20,149 nt of DNA from Candidatus Thorarchaeota archaeon (GTDB lineage Archaea > Asgardarchaeota > Thorarchaeia > Thorarchaeales > Thorarchaeaceae): the NCBI GenBank assembly GCA_003345545.1, contig PRDH01000032.1, forward strand, positions 1-20,149, in the 5' to 3' direction. This document shows, piece after piece, positions 10,701 to 16,769 of the stretch. How positions within the stretch are numbered: the stretch's first letter is position 1; the number at the start of each line of letters is the position of its first letter. A program made the position numbers and the translations under genes. The notes below the pieces were generated by a model that was given only the letters and a program-made list of their open reading frames with translations, made no database searches and was not told where the DNA came from.

Positions 10701-13627
10701 GTTTCATCGCTCATCTTGTATGTAACAGTCAGAGTTGTCTGTTGCACGTACGTTATGTTGTTGCCCATTGACCAAGTTATTACGAGTGAAGTGGGCTCCA
10801 GAATCAACGCCAGAACCTCGGAGTCATCAAATCCGTTTCCAAAGCCTGCTTTTGCTGCCACCACTGTTACAGAATGAGCACCGAAGCCGGGATTCACATC
10901 GCTACCATTCAGAGTAAGGTCATACGTCTTGGCCCCTGGATTATAGTGAAGTGTCCAGAATCCCGATCCAATTGATACATTCACTATGGCTCCGACTACG
11001 GTGGAGCCATCTGACATCGTGTAGTTCACAATAAGCACTGTAGACTGTATGTAGGTAATTGTGGTTCCATCAGACCATGTGAGTGTTAGCGACGTCGGTT
11101 CCTCTCTCAGCGTTAGTGAATAGCTTGCATCTTCCTGGCTCTCGTAGCCTAGTCTGCTTGCCAGTATCATGAGTAAGTGAGTCCCAAATCCAGGATTGGT
11201 GTCTGTCCCATTGAACTGAATCCAATATGTACGACTAGTGCCATTCCACTGTAGATGCCAAGTGCTTATTCCATCCGTCACATCGACAGTGGCAAGTGGA
11301 ATAGCAGTGCTGTTAGACATTCGATATTCAACGGATAATATAGAGCACTCAACGAATGTGATGTTTGTCCCGTGCGACCAATTCACAGAGAGCTCCGTGT
11401 ACTCCTCGTGTATGGTGATGTCCTCTGTATCGTTTGATTGGGCCTTGTAGCCAGCCTTCCATGCTCGAATTACTAAATCATAGGTGTCAAATCCCGAAAA
11501 TGTGTCTGTGCCATTGACTGTAATTCTGTAGAGACTTAGGTCTCCGTCCCATGTGAGGGAGAGGACGTTTCCATCAATCGTTACATTTACTGTAGCATCC
11601 GTAATCGCTGTGCCGCCGGCTCTGCGGTATTCGACCAATAGGTCTGTGGCCTGAACATATGAGATGTTATTGGTAGCTGACCACTCGACAGTTAGTGGCT
11701 CCGTGTCATGAATAAGAGTGACGAAGATGGTGAGGCTTTGGTTCTGGATTGCATAACCTTCCGCATAAACAATGATTGAGAATGTGCCATTTGTTCTTTC
11801 GGCTGTTGATACTGAGGCTGTCCATGTTCCATTATTATGGTCAAATAGGCTCGTGTTTGATCCACTAGCAAACGAATAAGCGACAGTAGCTACATCTCCA
11901 TCTAATCCTTGAGGTGTGAAGGTATCCTCAAGATAAACACTGATGGAGAAGGCACTTTCTGTGAATGCATTAATCTGATAGTTCAATGCATTAAAGGAAG
12001 TCGGATAGTATAGAGTCAGGCTCTTGCTTCGATAACCTGCTTCGGTTCCGTTACTCCAGTGCTCTTCTATAGTGTAGAGTCCATTGAATGTTGATGTTTC
12101 GCTTATATTCCACAGATAATGTGTTTTCCCATTTACTACTGACGCGTTGCTCGGAGCCCATATCCTGGTGCCTAGATGCCAGATTGTGAGATTGGTAAAG
12201 CCTGTTGCGACTGGGTCTAGATCCAAATCTGAGAGGGTAGAATTGATATCAATGTTGACAGTCATGTTTGTTTTGGTAGTGATTTCAGTATTGTCCAGCT
12301 GATTAAATGTGCGAATTGACTGAAGAAAATTGTGTGAAGACGAAGTCAATGTCCATGTATCGTTCGCCATGTTCGAACAACGAATTGTTCCATTAAGGCT
12401 CTCATAATCTCCATGGTTGTAACTTGGCGTCGAAGTATTATAGAGCCCCGTAGCAGTCCATGATGTAGGGACGGAAACATTGAGATATCTCTGCTCAGAG
12501 AGAGCTGGATATTCAAGTTCTGTGGTGACATTCCAATTGACCGCATCTCCAAATCCCACAACGTTCCAGCTTGAAAGAGATTGGATTGATTTACGATATA
12601 AAAGTTCCATGCTGAATGAAATATCAACCGACTGATTTGAATTGAAATCAATTGCCACTATATTGGAATCATCATTGAACACCCACTCCAATCCATCAAC
12701 AGGCGAGCTATTCCCTTTGATGTCAATCTGTAATGGATCAAAAAACGTGAGAGCTGCGTTTGTTGTTTTATTCCACGGCGTATACGTGTACTGTAGTTCC
12801 GCTTCTCTGCGGCCTAACCCTACATATTGGTACCATGTGTTATCATTACGATAGTGATATCCTGTGTCTGTTCCAGTTACATCCTGAGCACGCCAGTAAA
12901 TCCAGTTAAACAGCCAAATCCCTGAGCCGATATCTACTCCTATCATTGTTGTTCCATCTATGACAACAAAGTAAGGCATGCTCGCATCAAGTATTGCCGC
13001 ATCAGAAGCACAGTCATGTGTCATAGTCGTGTATGAACTGATCTGGTTGAAAGGCGTAATCCAACTGGTAACGTTTGTTTCTGGATCATCATAAGCGCTC
13101 CTCACAACCAAGTATGCTTTTCCCAGTGCTGTCGAATAGTATGGAGCCTTATAGGCAAAAGAATAGTTCTCGAGTCTACCATCATGAGGCATATTGTAAA
13201 ACTCTTGATACAGTGCATCAGTGACTGCGCCAAGAGTACTATTCTGAATCTGTATGTCACTATTGGGTGTAATTCCCGTTGTTTCACGCTCTGCAGCTGC
13301 TGTTATCGTCATAACATCCATTTCAACACCGTAAAGATCCCAACCCGAAATATGGAAATCTGTAAAATCAATGAGCCCTGTATGTTGGCTCGTGCTTGAA
13401 TATGAGTTGAGAATTCTCAGGGATTGATTATTCACGATTCGGGTCATAAAGGCAGTAGTATTTCTAGTAAGTCCTAGACCGCCCGCAGATGCTAACGTAG
13501 AAGAATCAAGTAATTCAAGGTCTTGTCGGCCTTGTTCAGATGATCTATTCTTCTCTGTGGTAGTTGCTGTAGGTGTGATGAACAGAATGACGAGAATGAC
13601 GGCTACAAGTGCAAATCGTTTCATCAC
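4724..13627 (-). CDS. Giant single-pass surface glycoprotein A (2967 aa): signal peptide, head domain, ~23 Ig-like repeats, TM, C-terminal winged-helix-like domain
   Basis: ORF track. GTG at 13627 is followed by ATG at 13624, with SD-like AGGTGG upstream. Signal peptide MKRFALVAILVILFITPTA. Dense N-x-S/T sequons. TM PILLSMVVGGVSLPVLGLVIM followed by KRRR (positive-inside). C-terminal DPIDRMKDAITVSESGLTRSELSKRLGISSSKTSAIVKDLLDSDSGFYEVREGTRRIIKKR fits helix-HTH-beta-wing. Confidence 0.95.
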   Translation of the reverse strand: MMKRFALVAVILVILFITPTATTTEKNRSSEQGRQDLELLDSSTLASAGGLGLTRNTTAFMTRIVNNQSLRILNSYSSTSQHTGLIDFTDFHISGWDLYGVEMDVMTITAAAERETTGITPNSDIQIQNSTLGAVTDALYQEFYNMPHDGRLENYSFAYKAPYYSTALGKAYLVVRSAYDDPETNVTSWITPFNQISSYTTMTHDCASDAAILDASMPYFVVIDGTTMIGVDIGSGIWLFNWIYWRAQDVTGTDTGYHYRNDNTWYQYVGLGRREAELQYTYTPWNKTTNAALTFFDPLQIDIKGNSSPVDGLEWVFNDDSNIVAIDFNSNQSVDISFSMELLYRKSIQSLSSWNVVGFGDAVNWNVTTELEYPALSEQRYLNVSVPTSWTATGLYNTSTPSYNHGDYESLNGTIRCSNMANDTWTLTSSSHNFLQSIRTFNQLDNTEITTKTNMTVNIDINSTLSDLDLDPVATGFTNLTIWHLGTRIWAPSNASVVNGKTHYLWNISETSTFNGLYTIEEHWSNGTEAGYRSKSLTLYYPTSFNALNYQINAFTESAFSISVYLEDTFTPQGLDGDVATVAYSFASGSNTSLFDHNNGTWTASVSTAERTNGTFSIIVYAEGYAIQNQSLTIFVTLIHDTEPLTVEWSATNNISYVQATDLLVEYRRAGGTAITDATVNVTIDGNVLSLTWDGDLSLYRITVNGTDTFSGFDTYDLVIRAWKAGYKAQSNDTEDITIHEEYTELSVNWSHGTNITFVECSILSVEYRMSNSTAIPLATVDVTDGISTWHLQWNGTSRTYWIQFNGTDTNPGFGTHLLMILASRLGYESQEDASYSLTLREEPTSLTLTWSDGTTITYIQSTVLIVNYTMSDGSTVVGAIVNVSIGSGFWTLHYNPGAKTYDLTLNGSDVNPGFGAHSVTVVAAKAGFGNGFDDSEVLALILEPTSLVITWSMGNNITYVQQTTLTVTYKMSDETPIMGANVNVTIDGNAWTLAWDGSSSYVIMYNGSDIPPGFGRHDLSMRAGRYGFVNRIDVTQDLILRQEPTSIDTVWVGLSTITYVGSTLLSVNYTMSNGAPVAGAFVQVTIDSMTWNLTWDEGTGTYRLEFSGSDNPPGLGSHVLIINASRFGFITAYGSKTLVIVNEPTTLTVEWIPTNNITYTNSCILSIRYLMNSNNSAITGATVIATFAGAPWALLWNSTAQRYYLLIDGDVDLPILGAFPVTVEASRYGFDSASNSSQEIVLRREPTYLSVHWANEINNPDFFSYSYLIVEYTYGSYVPVLDAEVNVTIDDDTWKLTWNQTEGYYQLRFNGSDPVPGVGTHSLTVRAWEYGFVEQTNSDEEVILPVIPTLLNLAWTNGDTITYVEKTTLQAFYRMYNDTWITDATVNVTINGVTLALVWNSVTHAYERTFTGMDGSLDFTTYPVLVVAHLADFQSQTNSAESLTKQLESTDLIILWIGGNNITYFSETRLSVQFVMSNSSLIATGVLNATINGYLWNLVWNSSSSAYETLIHGNDSRLYYSTFDVTIYASGFGYISAMDSTEELTIRLEDTYITFEWIPSSTISYLDVTVFRIYYRYLNGSPVLTATVNASYVLPYPTQYNSSSGAYEIAFTGADIPSPALGPHTFFVLAWKANHLAHSDITQTLTIVQEDTSIQARWLDGNNTITYVESASLFINFSITESGLPVIDAFVTIRIGTHTWEAVYNETSKLYVYTFTGNMDPPGLGSFVLYISATYLLHEGFKDATDNSRTLVILSESVNIQSYWIGGGIITYVHSTILVVNYTMSNGSAIASASVNITIGSNHWDLAWDEVSKTYRLMFNGSDSLPGLGYHELEIRAGRDGFDSLNDNTLSLEIVQEPTMLTPRWSNPYQNTITYFEYTYLFVEYSMSNGTPILDAPVNVTIELLTLKLYWNATEEAYGIRFNGSDIVPGFGIHGLAIVASKYGFVFAQDLSETLEVGRDPTTIQVSWSSDNDISFVEHTTLMVYYRMSNGSPVPSAIIDVSIGSDSWSLAWNASAQAYCLAFYGNMDPPGMGSFIMDIEASGSVYVDQSASTSLAIHEEPTSAIASWISETLDWTQSIVLEVEYRDNYGRLIEGAILKTITIDGVLYALKGTNGVYWFEFNNTFDLGHHLVVVNISKYGYDFATNSNISFDIIEASTSLELLWNAITIDYLGQMDLSANYSYAGTGSIVPQGGVIANITIDGSVTLSLLESGSFWVVSLTGVYLDLGPHSIVVRAQAYGYSFAESAETLTVNEVTTNTLLVTWSPFNLTIEFTDSLNVTVDYTFYDGDVPENATVNVTINSRVYNLAYSSGAWRVSIFGNQTGIGTYDASISAWLYGYALQTHITMGLNISPAANMYLVTWQPSSLAPTYVDIINVSVVYIQDYKAILGASVRLSINGTIHELTYSSFDEMWHFSIRATAIGLGAWNVTVTANKTGYVDGWYSNTLIVFPAATTLDVSVLSSSIYHDEGTIVYIYYEMSNSSFVPDATLILALGGIEQATTWDTDRWTAVFQGTELGIGIHNLTITVSALGFVSQYEAITISVLPIPTEVAYSPSHIAYAQEDIVLRFAYIDNRTGTGIPGSVYSVDWIGPYSVMDLGNGTYLVQISGSSLHVGNYTFDIALQLAGYLNGSGIVEIEARPIPTELLLISQISQYENEVIIIQAKLVDLVHYVSIDWAVITATLEGVQYFLLYDAPTQNYTMSIQLPSDISPGTYTVSISANAVDCDAKVGVVELHVLPKSTYALTLNVVGEILTGSELLISVIVQHDEQPAGYVPLTLIVVIFTQSDSRNHTQVIETDDAGVASVVLSVPLDATRLEITALYAGSISVWPAESETRTVQIKVGGLGLLDVIFRDPILLSMVVGGVSLPVLGLVIMKRRRSLSRNVIASTETSSMVSSVETISIADPIDRMKDAITVSESGLTRSELSKRLGISSSKTSAIVKDLLDSDSGFYEVREGTRRIIKKR
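5100..12010 (-). repeat. Array of ~23 diverged ~100-aa Ig-like beta-sandwich repeats in protein A
   Basis: Recurring consensus EPT.L...W....ITY...T.L.V.Y.MSNG..I..A.V.VTI...W.L.W......Y...F.GSD..PG.G.H.L.I.A...G[FY]. I counted 22 units plus one variant first unit by eye. The repeats are visible at protein level only. The Ig-like fold is inferred from unit length and beta-strand pattern. Confidence 0.85.
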
Positions 13628-13669
13628 GCACCACCTAGTCCAGCAGACGGTCTATGGTCTGAGCATCTG

Positions 13670-13711
13670 ATATACATATTCTCTGTTTTTCCTTTGAAAA
13701 GGAGAGCTGTC
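13670..13711 (-). promoter_or_regulatory. Candidate promoter of gene A: purine-rich BRE-like stretch, TATA-like element and palindrome
   Basis: Minus strand reads GACAGCTCTC-CTTTTCAAAGGAAAAACAGAGAATATGTATAT. The palindrome GAnAGCTnTC is at 13702-13711, and the TATA-like ATGTATAT is ~45 nt upstream of the start. Confidence 0.35.
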
Positions 13712-13747
13712 ATGTATGGTCTTTCATTAATAGTCAGGTCTGACGAA

Positions 13748-14257
13748 TTACGTATAGTAGGACGGACCTGCGTCTGTGGCGTCTGCCGGTTTTGGTCCTG
13801 TTTGCCCGGTGATGTCATTCAGGACTGCAATGACCATGTCGATTGCACTATGAAGGCGCCTCGTCGTGTCCCAGAGTTTCTGTTCTGAGAACGCATCATC
13901 ATAGATTCTGTCTGAAACAACAAAGCCCGGTCCTGGCGGTTGAGGCCCTGGTTGCCCCGGCTTTGGTTGAATAAATCCCAGGTTCACATTCTGTGTGAAG
14001 CTGAACTTTAGCGCCTGCATCTGGAACTCTCGGAGTTTCTCAACATTCAGGAGCTTCTGGTGTTGCGGTGAGATCATAATCTGTGCTTCTATCTGAATGT
14101 ACTTCTGGTCATTCGGACGGACCACGGTGAAGAAGAACCGCATGAACTTGACCTTATACAGAAACTCCGCTCTCGGATCTGAGATGCTCTCGACCTTAGT
14201 GCCCTCTCTCGAGAACCAGTCTCGCACGGTTTTCTTGATGTGCTCCAACTCTTCCAC
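13748..14257 (-). CDS. DUF2299-like archaeal conserved protein (169 aa)
   Basis: GTG start with GAGGAG SD. The pattern 'V.DW...EG.KVE...DP.A.F...V......VVRP.......I.ISP.H' and 'RIYDD.FS.Q' resembles DUF2299 from recall, not from a search. Confidence 0.7.
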   Translation of the reverse strand: MEELEHIKKTVRDWFSREGTKVESISDPRAEFLYKVKFMRFFFTVVRPNDQKYIQIEAQIMISPQHQKLLNVEKLREFQMQALKFSFTQNVNLGFIQPKPGQPGPQPPGPGFVVSDRIYDDAFSEQKLWDTTRRLHSAIDMVIAVLNDITGQTGPKPADATDAGPSYYT

Positions 14258-14310
14258 TTGTTACTCCTCTGATACCTTAGGCAGCGATGGGTTCTCACTT
14301 AACGCTTGTG

Positions 14311-15114
14311 CTATTCTCGGAACCACTCGACCCTCTCATAACCCGTAGGAGACCTGTCTGCATAGCAAGTTATCTGCTCCCTGACAGACTTGATCATCTG
14401 AGTATCTCCTGTCACCTGAATGATTCGGCACTCGGAGTTGCGCCTAGTCATGACCAAGCCAGAGGGGTCGACGACCTGGCTGTGACCAAAGTATGTCTTC
14501 TTATCGAATCCGAAACCGACCCTGTTTGCTGCTGCGACATAGAGCTGGTTCTCGATTGCCCTTGCCTGAATCAGAGTGTTCCAATGAGCGCTCCGGGGGT
14601 CTGGAAATGCTCCTGGGACAATCAGAATCTCCGCCCCCTCCAGGGCAAGTCGGCGCGACACCTCTGGAAATCTGATGTCGTAGCAGATCTGAACGCCTAC
14701 CTTGATGCCCCCGCACTCCATCAGGGCTATTGAGTTACCTCCATCAAAGACACTGCGCTCATTCTGAAATGGGTGAATCTTTCGGTATGTTGCAAAGACT
14801 TTGCCGGACGGGTTAGCCGCGATGAGGGTGTTGTAGTATCTTGTCTCTCCTCTCTCAATGTCAGTCCCAAAGACGTATGAGTTGTGTTTCATGGCCAGTC
14901 TACTGATGAACTCACTTGTCGGCCCTGGAATTCCCGGACCTTGCTGTTCATAGTCCTCGTATCTGAAACCAATGGCGAAGAGCTCGGGGAAGACAATGAA
15001 CTGTGTCCCCCCAAGTTCTTTGTAGTCCTTCAATAGCTCTTCGGCATGTTCGAAATTGAGCTTCCTGTTTCCCTCCTTGCATATCATCTGAACAAGAGTC
15101 ACTGTGAACTCCAT
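14311..15114 (-). CDS. Carbon-nitrogen hydrolase (nitrilase superfamily; Nit/omega-amidase-like)
   Basis: Catalytic Glu-Lys-Cys triad in FPELF, YRKIHPF and ICYDIRFPE, plus 'HW..L..ARAIENQ.YV.A.NRVG' and 'GHSQVVDP.G'. ATG at 15114 preferred; the ORF track uses TTG at 15123. Confidence 0.92.
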   Translation of the reverse strand: MEFTVTLVQMICKEGNRKLNFEHAEELLKDYKELGGTQFIVFPELFAIGFRYEDYEQQGPGIPGPTSEFISRLAMKHNSYVFGTDIERGETRYYNTLIAANPSGKVFATYRKIHPFQNERSVFDGGNSIALMECGGIKVGVQICYDIRFPEVSRRLALEGAEILIVPGAFPDPRSAHWNTLIQARAIENQLYVAAANRVGFGFDKKTYFGHSQVVDPSGLVMTRRNSECRIIQVTGDTQMIKSVREQITCYADRSPTGYERVEWFRE

Positions 15115-15227
15115 GATTCTCAACTCTCTGTGGTGTCATGTTGGTTGATTCTCTTCAATCAGATAAGCAAAGCGCATGCAGCAGTTCGCCCTCAATTTAC
15201 AACCCACATCATAACGCTTAATTGCGC

Positions 15228-15305
15228 TTCTCGGGCTTGCGAGCTAGATGGCTCGCTGCGGACGTGTTTCTGGTTGGTAAACGAAGTAAATACTGAGCCC
15301 AAGAG
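15228..15305 (+). ncRNA. Putative structured 5' leader (three-way junction) upstream of porD
   Basis: P1 TCTCGGGCTT (15229-15238) pairs with GAGCCCAAGA (15295-15304). P2 is GCGAGCT-AGAT-GGCTCGC (15239-15256). P3 GTGTTT (15264-15269) pairs with AAATAC (15288-15293). Pairing was found by eye only. Confidence 0.3.
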
Positions 15306-15315
15306 CAGGAAAGAG

Positions 15316-15594
15316 ATGCCAAAGACCTCTTACTCAAGGCCCACGATTGGGGCTACGGGTGAGACAGGCAGCTGGCGCACTTTCGATCCAGTTGTCAATT
15401 ATAACGAGTGCAGCAAGTGCCGAACCTGTTGGCTATACTGCCCAGAGGCTGTCATAAGTGTTGATGAGGATGGAACTCCTCACACGGACTACAACTATTG
15501 CAAAGGCTGTGGCATCTGCGCACAGGTATGTCCTAAACAGTGTATTGAGATGGTGCGCACAGATGAGCGGAAGAGGAGGACTGGTGGCGTATGA
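15316..15594 (+). CDS. porD: 2-oxoacid (pyruvate/2-ketoisovalerate):ferredoxin oxidoreductase delta subunit, 2x[4Fe-4S] (92 aa)
   Basis: TG.WRT..PV motif, CSKCRTCWLYCPE and YCKGCGICAQVCP. The true start is probably ATG 15316 (MPKTS), after AGGAAAGAG. The stop overlaps the porA start (ATGA). Confidence 0.92.
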   Translation: MPKTSYSRPTIGATGETGSWRTFDPVVNYNECSKCRTCWLYCPEAVISVDEDGTPHTDYNYCKGCGICAQVCPKQCIEMVRTDERKRRTGGV

Positions 15595-16769
15595 AGACAG
15601 AACTCATGAGTGCGAACTATGCAGCAGCACGGTCAATCGTTTCTGCACGTGTTGAGGTCGTGGCAGCGTATCCGATTACACCCGCAACGACCGTACCCGA
15701 GCAGGTCGCATTCCTAAATGAGGAGGGTATCTACAAAGGGCAGTTCATCCGGGTAGAGTCAGAGCATTCTGCAATCTTCGCGTGTATTGGAGCCAGCTCA
15801 ACAGGTGCCCGCGCGTTCACTGCGACCTCATCAAATGGGCTTCTCCTGATGGATGAAGGTCTCCACTGGGCTGCAGCGGCAAGACTGCCCATCGTGATCA
15901 ACAACGTCAATAGGTCAGTTTCTCCTAGCTGGAATATCCATGTGACCCATGACGACTCAATCTCAAAGCGAGACACAGGTTGGATTCAGTTCTATGTGTC
16001 CAGTGTCGACGAAGTCTACCACACGATTATCCAGTCCTTCAGACTTGCTGAAGATGAGCGAGTACTGATGCCAGTGATGGTGAACTCAGACGGTTTTGTA
16101 TTGAGTCATACGCTATCGACATTCGACTACCTAGAACCTGAGGAGGTCGACAAGTTTCTGCCTCCTTATTCGCCCCCTCACTGGGTCATGGATCCCGCAG
16201 ATCCCGTGTCCCATGGTAATATAGTATTCCCGGAGTACTATCAGGAATTCAGATACATGATGCATGAGGGAACAAAAAATGCTCTCAAGGTCTACGAAGA
16301 GGTCGAGAAGGACTACAAGAAGCTCTTTGGCAAATACTTCGGAGGTCCGATAGACTGCTTCAAATGTGATGATGCGAAGGTTGTGTTCACTTCCCAAGGC
16401 TCTATGGCTGCAGAGGCGATCGACGCAGTCAAAGAACTTCGTGAAGAGGGCTACAAGGTGGGCAATGCAAGAGTCCGAATGATACGGCCATTCCCTGTTG
16501 AGCGCATACGAGATCTCGGCAGTCATGTGAAAGCTTTTGCCAGCTTTGACCGTGGTGTTTCATATGGCTTTGGAGGTCCTGTGGCAAACGACATTCGTTC
16601 GTCAATGTACAATACCAAGCATCGCCCGATGGTCAAGAGCTATATTGGTGGTCTTGGTGGTCGTGACGTGACGGTTGCAGATATCAAAGAAATGATTCTG
16701 GATACCTACAACGCTGTAGAAACCGGAGAACTGGGCCCCGAGGAGACCTGGCATGATTTGATGGAGTGA
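15591..16769 (+). CDS. porA: 2-oxoacid:ferredoxin oxidoreductase alpha subunit
   Basis: AAYPITP, ESEHSA, GARAFTATSS.GL.LM.E, RLPIV..NVNR, RDTGWIQ, DGF.LSHT, RPFP and GLGGRD motifs. Confidence 0.95.
   Translation: MKTELMSANYAAARSIVSARVEVVAAYPITPATTVPEQVAFLNEEGIYKGQFIRVESEHSAIFACIGASSTGARAFTATSSNGLLLMDEGLHWAAAARLPIVINNVNRSVSPSWNIHVTHDDSISKRDTGWIQFYVSSVDEVYHTIIQSFRLAEDERVLMPVMVNSDGFVLSHTLSTFDYLEPEEVDKFLPPYSPPHWVMDPADPVSHGNIVFPEYYQEFRYMMHEGTKNALKVYEEVEKDYKKLFGKYFGGPIDCFKCDDAKVVFTSQGSMAAEAIDAVKELREEGYKVGNARVRMIRPFPVERIRDLGSHVKAFASFDRGVSYGFGGPVANDIRSSMYNTKHRPMVKSYIGGLGGRDVTVADIKEMILDTYNAVETGELGPEETWHDLME

Noticed and set aside
4815-13399. Short ORFs inside the 2967-aa gene
   Set aside because: Shadow ORFs with no recognisable motifs.
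1-13627. A and B as one frameshifted gene or an assembly duplicate
   Set aside because: Each has its own signal peptide, SD-like site and TM anchor, and they are strongly diverged in sequence.
13624-14733. Alternative ORFs 13624-13818, 13694-13888, 14089-14298, 14097-14348, 14287-14733 and similar
   Set aside because: They overlap better-supported genes and show no family features.
15228-15305. TPP riboswitch
   Set aside because: Conserved CUGAGA and GAACCUGAU elements are absent.
15046-15315. 90-aa N-terminal extension of the delta subunit in the ORF track
   Set aside because: It overlaps the divergent hydrolase, has no gamma-subunit motif, and family similarity begins at MPKTS (15316).
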